Positions 26,941 through 35,375 are shown, counted from the stretch's first letter. The stretch: DNA of 38,859 nucleotides from an uncultured Nitrospirales bacterium (GCA_964528115.1 CAZGRJ010000008.1:1-38859), one strand, 5' to 3'. A program made the numbers and translations. Notes: generated from the sequence alone by a model not told the origin.

Positions 26941-27438
26941 TCAGGGCGCCTCGCGGGAGCCGCGGGCGGATCGGGAGCGCTCGCGGTCGATCGCCTTGAG
27001 CATCACCATCTCGCGCTGGAAGACCATGACGCTCGCGATCCGGAGGGCACCCAGCACCAGAAGCAGGACGCTCATGGCGTAGATCTCGGCGGTGCCGAAC
27101 TCGTGCTCGAAGGTCTTGATCATCAGCTCCCGGAGCATGAACACGATCGCCGCGTCGACGATGAACGTCAGACGCAGCCGCAGGGTGTCGAAGTACTCCA
27201 CCAGCGAGCGCGAGAGCTCCACCAGGACGAACAGCGTCAGGATGTCCGACACCATCGCCAGGTAACGTTCCGCCACCCCCGGCTCCGAGATCAGCTCGAG
27301 CACGGTCAGGAAGAGGCGCGTGGTCCCGATCACCATGCCGAGCATGATGAAGACCAGGATCACTCCGAAGATGACCCCGGTGATCTGGTCGAACCAGACC
27401 TTGGGGTTCAGCCGGAGGTGGCGGAACGGGCGCTCCAT
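26941..27438 (-). CDS. PsiE-like (phosphate-starvation-inducible) small membrane protein
   Basis: 165 aa with four hydrophobic helices: ITGVIFGVILVFIMLGMVIG, YLAMVSDILTLFVLVELS, LTFIVDAAIVFMLRELMI and IYAMSVLLLVLGALRIASVMV. This layout is what I associate with the PsiE family. The assignment is from memory, not from a search. Confidence 0.55.
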   Translation of the reverse strand: MERPFRHLRLNPKVWFDQITGVIFGVILVFIMLGMVIGTTRLFLTVLELISEPGVAERYLAMVSDILTLFVLVELSRSLVEYFDTLRLRLTFIVDAAIVFMLRELMIKTFEHEFGTAEIYAMSVLLLVLGALRIASVMVFQREMVMLKAIDRERSRSARGSREAP

Positions 27439-27485
27439 GGGGGAGCTATGTTACCCCAAGCGGGGCGGCCGTCAGTGCCCGGCGG

Positions 27486-28547
<1,062 letters not shown>

Positions 28548-28628
28548 GACGAAAATCCTTTCGCGTGAATGTGGAGGCCGGGGGCCCCGACGGGTTCTGT
28601 TTGCCGTGCCGGCCTGAGTTTCCGCGGG

Positions 28629-28661
28629 ATCGTAGAGGGGCAACGTTAATGTTTCATGAAG
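28629..28661 (-). promoter_or_regulatory. candidate pstS promoter / Pho-box-like element
   Basis: This is the only AT-rich patch in the 169-nt phoR-pstS spacer. The minus strand reads CTTCATGAAACATTAACGTTGCCCCTCTACGAT. ATGAAA (4/6 to -35) is 17 nt from TACGAT (TAnnnT). TTCAT and TTAAC are offset by 11 nt, as PhoB half-sites are, but the match to the CTGTCAT consensus is poor. Confidence 0.3.
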
Positions 28662-28716
28662 GGCCGGTGAGGACCGCGTGCGGACCGTCGCCCGAGGCGC
28701 GGAGGGGGGGGCCGGG

Positions 28717-30111
28717 TCAGGCCACGGGCAGGTGGATGCGGAACGTGCTCCCTAAGCCCGGGGTGCTCTCGACGCTGGCCCGCCCGCCGTGGGCCAGGCA
28801 GATGTGTTTCACGATGGCGAGCCCCAGGCCCGTGCCCCCCAGCTCGCGGCTGCGGGCCGGGTCCACCCGGTAGAAGCGCTCGAACAGGCGCGGGAGGTGC
28901 TCCGGTTCGATGCCCCGGCCCCGGTCGATGACCTCGATGACGCACTCCCCCCCCTTGGCCACGCCGTGCAGGGTCACGACGCCGCCCTCGGGGCTGTACT
29001 GGATGGCGTTCTGGAGCAGGTTGATGATCGCCTGCTCCAAGAGGGGCGGGTCCATGGGGGCGGTGAGGTCGGCCGGGCAGTCAACCTCCACCCGCACCTC
29101 GCGCGCCAGGGCCTGGGGCTCGCAGGCGGTCTCGGCGGCGGCCAGGACCTGGGCCACGGGGCCCTCGCCCAGGTGCGTCGCGGCGCCCGTGTCCACCTGC
29201 TGCTCGATGCGGGCCAGGCTCAGGGTGTCGGAGATCAGGGCCGCCAGGCGCTCGGACTGGCGCCCGATGATGGCCAGGAAGCGCTCTCTCGCGGGGGGGT
29301 CGTCGCCGGCCCCTTCCAGGAGGGTGTCGGCGGCCCCCTTGATGGCGGTGACGGGGGTCTTGAGCTCGTGGGAGACGTTCGCCACGAAGTCGCGCCGGAC
29401 GTTCTCCAGCTCCCGGATGCGGGTGATGTCGGAGAGCACCACCACCGTCCCCAGGCGCCGACCGCCCCGGTCCGCCAGGCGCGTGCCGCCCACCCGCAGG
29501 TGGCGGGCCCGGGCGCCGGAGCCGAGGGTCACCTGGGTCTCGGCCGGCGCCCCCTCCTTGTCGATGCGCTCCACGAAGCGCAGCAGGTCGGGGTTGCGCA
29601 CCACGTCGGTGAGCGCGCGTCCCTGGTAGGGGACGCCGGTCATGCCGAAGATGCGGGCGGCGGCCGGGTTCAGGGTGAGCACCCGCCCGGCCGTGTCCAC
29701 GGCCAGGACGCCTTCCGTCATGCTGGCGAGGATGGCGTCCTGCTCGGTGCGCTGGCGGGCCACGTCGCCGTGCCTGGCCTCCAGCTGGCGGGCCAGCTCG
29801 TTGAGGGCCTCGTTGAGCTCGGAGAGCTCGCGGATCGGGGCCGACGGCAGGCGCAGACCCCCCTCGCCGGCCGCCAGGCGCGCGGCCTCGGCGGCGGCCT
29901 CCTCCACCGGGCGGGCGATGCGCCAGGCGGCGAGCAGGCCCACGGCCCCCGCCACCAGGCCCGCCACGCCCACCACGGCGCCGATGCCCGACTTCCCCGT
30001 GCCCCCGGTGCCCCCCGTGCCCGCCGTGCCAAAGACCAGCACCACGGCCAGGGCCCCCCAGGTGCACAGGAGCACCGCGGCGCCGATCCGCCAGCGGAGC
30101 CGATCCTGCAC
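28717..30111 (-). CDS. phoR: phosphate regulon sensor histidine kinase PhoR-type (TM-TM-HAMP-PAS-HisKA-HATPase)
   Basis: GTG 30111, 3 nt after the phoB stop. Two TM helices flank a tiny loop. The PAS-like segment is ILASMTEGVLAVD. Kinase motifs are H-box FVANVSHELKTPVTAI, N-box LLQNAIQYSP, G1 DRGRGI and G2 GGTGLGLAIV. Confidence 0.85.
   Translation of the reverse strand: MQDRLRWRIGAAVLLCTWGALAVVLVFGTAGTGGTGGTGKSGIGAVVGVAGLVAGAVGLLAAWRIARPVEEAAAEAARLAAGEGGLRLPSAPIRELSELNEALNELARQLEARHGDVARQRTEQDAILASMTEGVLAVDTAGRVLTLNPAAARIFGMTGVPYQGRALTDVVRNPDLLRFVERIDKEGAPAETQVTLGSGARARHLRVGGTRLADRGGRRLGTVVVLSDITRIRELENVRRDFVANVSHELKTPVTAIKGAADTLLEGAGDDPPARERFLAIIGRQSERLAALISDTLSLARIEQQVDTGAATHLGEGPVAQVLAAAETACEPQALAREVRVEVDCPADLTAPMDPPLLEQAIINLLQNAIQYSPEGGVVTLHGVAKGGECVIEVIDRGRGIEPEHLPRLFERFYRVDPARSRELGGTGLGLAIVKHICLAHGGRASVESTPGLGSTFRIHLPVA
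29998..30030. repeat. imperfect 9-bp tandem repeat (3.7 units) inside phoR
   Basis: CGTGCCCCC / GGTGCCCCC / CGTGCCCGC / CGTGCC encodes GTAGTGGTGGT, the short loop between the two PhoR transmembrane helices. The unit length is a multiple of 3. Confidence 0.6.
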
Positions 30112-30114
30112 GGC

Positions 30115-30801
30115 CTACTCCCGGACGCGGTAGCCGACCCCGCGCACGGTCTCCACCACGTCCCCGGCGGCCCCGAGCTTCTTGCGCAGGGCCGCCACCT
30201 GTACGTCCACGCTGCGCTCGGTCACGGGGTGCCCGATCCCCATGACGGCGTCCACGATCTGGTGGCGGGTGAACACCCAGCCCGGGCGCCGGGCCAGGAA
30301 GTGCAGGATGCGGAACTCGGTGGGGGTGAGCGGCACGGCCTCGCCGTCCACCTCCACCCGGTGCCGGCCCGGGTGGATCGTCACCCCGTGCACCGCGAGG
30401 GGCTGCTCCGGGCCGGGCTCCGGCCCCCCCACGCGCCGGAGGAGCGCCGCCACCCGGGCGAGCAGGACGGCGGGGGAGAACGGCTTGACCATGTAGTCGT
30501 CGGCCCCCAGGTTGAGGCCGGCCACGATGTCGGCCTCGGTGCCCCGGGCGGTGACCATCATGACCGGGACGTTCTGGGTGGCGGGGGTGCGCTTGAGGGC
30601 CCGGGCCACGGACAGGCCGTCCAGCCCGGGGAGCATGAGGTCCAGGACCACCATGTCGGGGGGCGCCTCGCGGCACAGGGCGAGGCCCGCCTCGCCGGTG
30701 GCCGCGGGGGTGACGCGGTACCCCCCCTTCTCCAGGTTGTAGCGGATGAGCTCGAGGATGTCCGGCTCGTCCTCGACCACCAGGATGCGCGCTTCGGCCA
30801 T
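30115..30801 (-). CDS. phoB: phosphate regulon response regulator PhoB (OmpR family)
   Basis: ATG 30801 (AAGGACGGA upstream) inside ORF 30115..30879. The receiver domain shows RILVVEDEPDI...VVLDLMLPGLDG...MVTARG...DDYMVKPF. The winged helix shows LTPTEFRILHFLARRPGWVFTR...VDVQVAALRKKL...VRGVGYRV. Confidence 0.9.
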   Translation of the reverse strand: MAEARILVVEDEPDILELIRYNLEKGGYRVTPAATGEAGLALCREAPPDMVVLDLMLPGLDGLSVARALKRTPATQNVPVMMVTARGTEADIVAGLNLGADDYMVKPFSPAVLLARVAALLRRVGGPEPGPEQPLAVHGVTIHPGRHRVEVDGEAVPLTPTEFRILHFLARRPGWVFTRHQIVDAVMGIGHPVTERSVDVQVAALRKKLGAAGDVVETVRGVGYRVRE

Positions 30802-30817
30802 GGTTTCCGTCCTTGGG

Positions 30818-30870
30818 GTGTGCGGGGCGCATGATCCCACGACCACGCCCCGGTCGTCGGTCCCGCACAC
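30818..30870 (-). other. two-tier GC-rich hairpin in the phoB 5' leader
   Basis: The outer 9-bp stem pairs 30818-30826 (GTGTGCGGG) with 30862-30870 (CCCGCACAC). The inner stem pairs 30837-30844 with 30852-30860 (6 bp, a 1-nt bulge, then 2 bp) around a 7-nt loop. The 3' arm on the mRNA ends about 7 nt before the AAGGA ribosome-binding site. Confidence 0.35.
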
Positions 30871-30893
30871 AAACCGCACCGGAACCGAACCGG

Positions 30894-30902
30894 ATTCTAA
30901 CA
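30894..30902 (-). promoter_or_regulatory. candidate extended -10 promoter for phoBR (TGTTAGAAT)
   Basis: The minus strand reads GCTGTTAGAATCC, i.e. TGn + TAGAAT (5/6 to TATAAT), about 95 nt upstream of the phoB ATG. There is no good -35, consistent with an extended -10 or activator-dependent promoter. Confidence 0.3.
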
Positions 30903-30937
30903 GCGTTTCCCGGGCATCGGGAGCCGGGGGGCCGGGA

Positions 30938-32119
30938 TCAGGGCACGGTGAAGTTGAGCGTCGAGGTGTGGGTCGGCCCGCCGCCCACCTGGGTGTGGGT
31001 GAAGACGATGGTCACGTCCATGCCGCTGATGGCGCCGTTGAAGTCGAACTCGTCGAAGGTGTAGGTGCCGCCGGCCGGAATCTGGACCGTCTTGCACAGC
31101 GTGGTCAGGCTGGCGGGGGTGGACTGGTCGCCGTTCGGCGTGCCGCAGCTGAAGTTGTCCCACACGTCGGTGCCGCCGTTGCAGGAGGAGGCGGTGCCGC
31201 CGCTCTGGACCTGCTGCAGGTCGCGCCAGTTGTAGCTCCAGCTCACGTCGATCTGGGTGATCTCGATGTCCACCGTGTCGTTGTTGGTCAGGACGAAGGC
31301 CGTCTCGTCGTTGCCGCCGCACTGGTACAGCTCGCCCGGCACCATGGTCAGCACGTCGTCCGAATCGCCGCCCGAGGCGCCGCTCCCGCCGCCGCCGGGG
31401 GGGCTCCAGACCATGGCGAAGTACACGTCGTCCCCCGTGGGCCCGGTGCCCACGCCGGCACCGTCCGGACCCAGGCTGTAGACCACCGCGGACTCGTCGT
31501 TGTTGTAGGCATACATGAGGCTGTTGCCCCAGGCGTCCGTCTGCCAGGCGGCCGGGATCGTGTAGGCGGAGGGCGCCAGGGTGGGGCTGGTGCCGTAGAC
31601 GTCGCCCGCGACGAGCTTCAGGCGCTCGTAAGTGTCGCGGATCCGGCGCTCCACGGTCTCGTAGTCCTGGACCACCGTGAGGGCGATGTCGTCCGTCGTG
31701 CCCGCCGTCTGGTCCTGCCCCGGGCTCGTGAGCACGGCGGTGGGGTCGCCGGCGGTGTAGGCGTAGTCGATCAGGCCACCCCAGGCGTCCAGGGCGTAGT
31801 CGCCCGCGGCCCACTGGGCGGTGAGGTAGGGGCCGCTCCAGCCCGGGGCGCCGATGGTGTCGGCCTGGAGCTCGCCCAGGTCGGCCACGTCGTCGCCGGT
31901 GTCGGGGGGGAAGGCGTCCACGTCGCGGTGGTAGGCGCGCAGGGCGTCGGCGATCAGCTCCAGGTGGTCCTCGGTGGCGAAGCGCCGCTGCTGGTCCACC
32001 CGGGCCGCGATGAGGGGGGCCAGGGCCCCCGCCAGGACGGCGAGGACGGCGATCACCACGATCACCTCGATCAGGGTGAAGCCCGCGCCGCGGGCGGTTC
32101 GGCGCGGTTCAGGCGGCAT
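30938..32119 (-). CDS. giant GspG-like pseudopilin/pilin (393 aa) with prepilin N-terminus, duplicated GspG-type head and unassigned C-terminal Cys-containing domain
   Basis: ATG 32119 inside ORF 30938..32383, with an 11-nt overlap on the secretin stop. The class III signal is MPPEPRRTARGAG|FTLIEVIVVIAVLAVLAGALAPLI (G-1, F+1, E+5). Two GspG-like blocks are DAWGGLIDYAY...SPGQDQTAGTTDDI and DAWGNSLMYAY...LGPDGAGVGTGPTGDDV. A Gly/Ser linker is followed by a ~138-aa tail with 4 Cys. Confidence 0.8.
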   Translation of the reverse strand: MPPEPRRTARGAGFTLIEVIVVIAVLAVLAGALAPLIAARVDQQRRFATEDHLELIADALRAYHRDVDAFPPDTGDDVADLGELQADTIGAPGWSGPYLTAQWAAGDYALDAWGGLIDYAYTAGDPTAVLTSPGQDQTAGTTDDIALTVVQDYETVERRIRDTYERLKLVAGDVYGTSPTLAPSAYTIPAAWQTDAWGNSLMYAYNNDESAVVYSLGPDGAGVGTGPTGDDVYFAMVWSPPGGGGSGASGGDSDDVLTMVPGELYQCGGNDETAFVLTNNDTVDIEITQIDVSWSYNWRDLQQVQSGGTASSCNGGTDVWDNFSCGTPNGDQSTPASLTTLCKTVQIPAGGTYTFDEFDFNGAISGMDVTIVFTHTQVGGGPTHTSTLNFTVP

Positions 32120-34391
32120 GGCCGAAGCCGGTGCCCGTCCCCGCGGTCGGCACGGGCGTCGGCGCGGACGGGGCCTCGGCGGGTCGGGGCGGCGCCGGGG
32201 TATGGGCCGCAGGCGCGGCGTCTGCCGGTGCCGTGCCGGCGGTTGCGGATTTGCCTTCGGGCCCGGCCAGGAGGGCGTCGATGGCGGCGATCCGGCGCCG
32301 CACCTGGAGGACGAACTCGGGGTCGCGCTCGCTGATCTTCGGCAGGGCCGAGACGTACAGCATCCGGGCCGCCTCCAGGCCACCCTCGGAGAGCAGGATC
32401 TCGGCCCGGTCCACCACCGCCTCCACGGCCTGGGGGTCGATGCGGGCGGCCTCGGCGAAGGCGGCCTCGGCCAGCTCGGGCTGGCCCGCCCCCAGGTAGG
32501 CGACGCCCAGGTTCGTGATCAGGCCCGCGTTCTTGGGGAAGTACTCGATGCCCTGCTTGAGCACGCGGATCGCCGGGTCGAACGCCCCGGCGGCGGTGAA
32601 GGCCAGGGCGATGCGGTTGACCCCCTGGGCGTGCTCGGGGCGCGTCTTGGCCAGCTCGGACCAGAGCTGCAGGGCCCGGGTGGTCTGGGCCCGCTGGGCG
32701 TACAGGAGGGCCAGCTGGAAGCGGGCCTCGGAGAGGTTCGGGTCCAGGCGCAGGGCCTTCTGCCACTCCTGCTCGGCGCGCTCGCCCTCGCCCTGGCGCG
32801 CGAACCCGGTGCCGGCATCCAGGTGGTAGCGGGCCAGCCCCGAGCGCGTGACCGGGCTGAAGCCGCCCCCGGGGACGGGGGGCGTGCCCCCGGCGGGAAA
32901 GCCGAGCGGGGCGAAGCCGCCCGTGGGCGATTCCTGCACCAGGTCGAAGCTGCGCCCGTGGAGGATGCCGAAGTGGAACGGCCGGGCCACGTCGGTCAGG
33001 CCCTCGATGCCGTCCGAGACGGCCTGGGCGATGCGCTGGGTGTCCAGGACCGTGGGGGTCAGCAGGATCAGCAGCTCGACCCGGTCCTCCTTCTGGTCCG
33101 TGCTGCGGAACAGGGGACCGATGAGGGGCAGGCTGCCCAGGCCCGGGACCTTGCTCACGTCCTCGGTGCGGCGCTTCTGGATGAAGCCGCCCAGGACGAT
33201 GCTCTCGCCGTCGCGCACCTTGAGGACCGTCTCGGTCTCGCGCTCGTTGAGGATCGGCAGGGTCTGGAGGCCGTCGGGGGTGGTGATCTCGCCGGACACC
33301 TCCGTCACCTTCGGGTGGACCAGGATCGTCAGGCCGCCGTCGGCGCCGATCTGGGGGGTCACCTCCAGGCGAATGCCGGCCTCCTTGAAGCTCACGTCGT
33401 AGCGCGCGATCGTGTTGGTGGGGTCGATCTCGCCCGAGAGGACCTCCCGGCTGACCACGGGCACCTGCTCGGTGACGTGGATGACCGCCGGGTTGTTGTT
33501 CAGGGTGGCGACCCGGGGCGAGGACAGCATGTTCACCTGGCCCTGGGCGTGCAGGGCCTCCAGCAGGGCGGAGAAGTCCCCGGTGCGGAACAGGCCGAAC
33601 TGGATGCCGTTCACGTTCGGGGCGAAGGACTGGAGCAGGGCGTTGCCCCCTGCGGCGGCGCCGGAGACGCCGGGGCCGATCCCCAGCGCGCGCGGGAAGA
33701 GGCCGTAGTTGACCCCCATCTGGAAGCTGTCGTTGAGGGTGACCTCGATGACCTTGGCCTCGATCAGCACCTGGCGCCCGATGATCTCCTCCAGGTGGTG
33801 GAGGTGGGCCTCCACCTGGTCCAGGTTCTCCGGGCGGTCGGCGACGATCAGCGTCCCCGTGGCGGGGCTCACGGTGACCTTGCCCTCGGGGGTGAGCAGG
33901 GCCTTGACCTGGGTGCCGATGTCGTCCCACAGGGCGGTGTAGCCGGCGCCGGCCACGTAGTCCAGGTGGAAGACCCGGCGGTCGTTCTGGCCGATGCGGG
34001 CGTAGCCGTCCTGGTAGGTCATGGCCAGGCCCTGGCTGCGCAGGACGGCGGCCAGGACCTGCTCCGGGGTGGCGCCCAGGAAGTCGGCCGTGATCCGGCC
34101 CTGGACGCCGTCGTCCACCATCACGTTCATGTCGCTGCCCTTGAACAGCAGGCGGATGGCGTCGGCCACGGGGGTGTCGCGGAACCGGAACTTGCCCGCC
34201 GTCCGGGTGGGCGCCGCGGGGGCGGCGGGCACGGTGCCGGGCGGGAGGGCGTCGGCCACCACCAGGGGGGTGAGGGGCTTCGGCAGGTCGGGGCCTTGTG
34301 CGTGGCGCGGGGCCGGGCCGTGGGCGCAGCCCGACAGGAGCACGGCCACGGCGGCCCAGAGGGCGAGGATGCGCTTCAGGGCGGAGGTCAA
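32109..34391 (-). CDS. secretin (GspD/PilQ/MshL family) lipoprotein fused to C-terminal TPR repeats
   Basis: TTG 34391 is preferred (TTGA overlap with upstream stop). It gives LTSALKRILALWAAVAVLLSGC, a lipoprotein signal with lipobox LSGC. ATG 34442 is the ORF-track start. N0/N1-like segments are PVADAIRLLF... and TLIVADRPENLDQVE. The secretin core runs RQVLIEAKVIEVTLND...LSSPRVATLNNNPAVI...GIRLEVTPQI...SKVPGLGSLPLIGPLFR...ELLILLTPTVL. TPR-like repeats cover residues ~535-725 (nt ~32268-32840), followed by a Pro/Ala-rich tail. Confidence 0.85.
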   Translation of the reverse strand: MTSALKRILALWAAVAVLLSGCAHGPAPRHAQGPDLPKPLTPLVVADALPPGTVPAAPAAPTRTAGKFRFRDTPVADAIRLLFKGSDMNVMVDDGVQGRITADFLGATPEQVLAAVLRSQGLAMTYQDGYARIGQNDRRVFHLDYVAGAGYTALWDDIGTQVKALLTPEGKVTVSPATGTLIVADRPENLDQVEAHLHHLEEIIGRQVLIEAKVIEVTLNDSFQMGVNYGLFPRALGIGPGVSGAAAGGNALLQSFAPNVNGIQFGLFRTGDFSALLEALHAQGQVNMLSSPRVATLNNNPAVIHVTEQVPVVSREVLSGEIDPTNTIARYDVSFKEAGIRLEVTPQIGADGGLTILVHPKVTEVSGEITTPDGLQTLPILNERETETVLKVRDGESIVLGGFIQKRRTEDVSKVPGLGSLPLIGPLFRSTDQKEDRVELLILLTPTVLDTQRIAQAVSDGIEGLTDVARPFHFGILHGRSFDLVQESPTGGFAPLGFPAGGTPPVPGGGFSPVTRSGLARYHLDAGTGFARQGEGERAEQEWQKALRLDPNLSEARFQLALLYAQRAQTTRALQLWSELAKTRPEHAQGVNRIALAFTAAGAFDPAIRVLKQGIEYFPKNAGLITNLGVAYLGAGQPELAEAAFAEAARIDPQAVEAVVDRAEILLSEGGLEAARMLYVSALPKISERDPEFVLQVRRRIAAIDALLAGPEGKSATAGTAPADAAPAAHTPAPPRPAEAPSAPTPVPTAGTGTGFGHAA

Positions 34392-34882
34392 TTCCCGTCC
34401 TCCTCCGCCTCGCCCGACACCGGGGGCAGGGGGACGCGCCACACCCGGCCGCCCCGGGCGAGGGTCACCCCGTTGTCTTGCACGCGCACCACTTGGATGT
34501 CACCGACATACCCCCCCTCGCGCACCGGCTCGCCGTCGATCAGCGCCGCTCGCACGCCGCCGTGGACCGCGATCCCCTGCAGGTGCACGGGGTCGGTTCC
34601 CTTCCCCATCGTTTCGGTCGCCCGCACCGGGAACTTGCCCCGGAACTGCTCGCCGGCGGTCATGAACGGGTTGCGGGCGTCGTCCGCGAGGGCCGTGGGC
34701 ACGGCGCTCGCGACGGACGGCTGTGCGGGGTGCCACGGCAGGACGGCCGGCGCCGCCTGCGGCGCCGTCCGGGTGACGGGCTGGGCCGGGTTCTTGCGGG
34801 CCCGGAAATGGTGCAGGTCCCACGCCCCCACGACCACGAGCAACAGGATCAGGGCCCCGATGAAGCGCCGGTCGCGCAGCAT
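34388..34882 (-). CDS. PilP/GspC/MshK-like inner-membrane-anchored secretin-interacting protein
   Basis: 164 aa with the N-terminal anchor FIGALILLLVVVGAW and an ARNPF motif (compare the R-D/N-P-F of PilP/MshK). The C-terminal beta-rich block is LQGIAVHGGVRAALIDGEPVREGGYVGDIQVVRVQDNGVTL. It sits immediately upstream of the secretin. Confidence 0.55.
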   Translation of the reverse strand: MLRDRRFIGALILLLVVVGAWDLHHFRARKNPAQPVTRTAPQAAPAVLPWHPAQPSVASAVPTALADDARNPFMTAGEQFRGKFPVRATETMGKGTDPVHLQGIAVHGGVRAALIDGEPVREGGYVGDIQVVRVQDNGVTLARGGRVWRVPLPPVSGEAEEDGN

Positions 34883-34883
34883 C

Positions 34884-35375
34884 TCAGGCGCCCCCCAGGA
34901 GGTCGAGGCGCAGGGCGACCTCGATCCGGCCGCGGTCGGCGCGCTCCAGGTCCACGCCGATGACGGTCACGGCCGGGGCCGACGCGGCGACGTCCGCCAG
35001 GACCCGGGCCACGGCGGGGAAGCCGGCATCGAAGAACAGGGTGAGCGGCTGGGCGGAAATGCTGCCGCGCGGGACCCGCTGGCCCAGCCGGTACTGCACG
35101 TCGCCCACGCCCTGGCGGCGCACGGCGTCCACCACGGCGGCGGCGCCCGCCGGCAGGGCCGCGGCGGTGGGGATCGGGACCGTTCCCGGCGCGGCGGCGG
35201 GACCGAGCCCGGCGTGGCCCCGGTCGCCGAGGTCGGCGCCGATCCGGTCCGCCTCGGCCCGCAGGGCGTCGGCCTTGCGCGGCAGCAGGTACACGCCCGA
35301 CAAGGCGAGGCCCAGGGTCAGGACGGCCGTGACGCCCAGGACGGAGCGGATGGCGACGCTACGCGGGATCCGCAT
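34884..35375 (-). CDS. GspM/PilO-like bitopic assembly protein
   Basis: 163 aa with the N-terminal TM helix SVLGVTAVLTLGLALSGVYLL, a short helical segment KADALRAEADRIG, and a C-terminal ~80-aa globular region. There is no diagnostic motif. The call rests on size, topology and synteny between the GspL-like and PilP-like genes. Confidence 0.45.
   Translation of the reverse strand: MRIPRSVAIRSVLGVTAVLTLGLALSGVYLLPRKADALRAEADRIGADLGDRGHAGLGPAAAPGTVPIPTAAALPAGAAAVVDAVRRQGVGDVQYRLGQRVPRGSISAQPLTLFFDAGFPAVARVLADVAASAPAVTVIGVDLERADRGRIEVALRLDLLGGA

Noticed and set aside
28704-28711. G8 homopolymer as a phase-variation tract
   Set aside because: It is intergenic and lies upstream of the candidate pstS promoter. 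G7 runs occur repeatedly inside coding regions of this window (for example 5912-5918, 14292-14298 and 22742-22748), so it appears to be a compositional feature.
28789-30834. 681-aa + strand ORF antisense to phoR/phoB (and the similar minus-frame ORF 29081..30868)
   Set aside because: It has no motifs. The phoR (H, N and G boxes) and phoB (receiver plus winged helix) frames are unambiguous.
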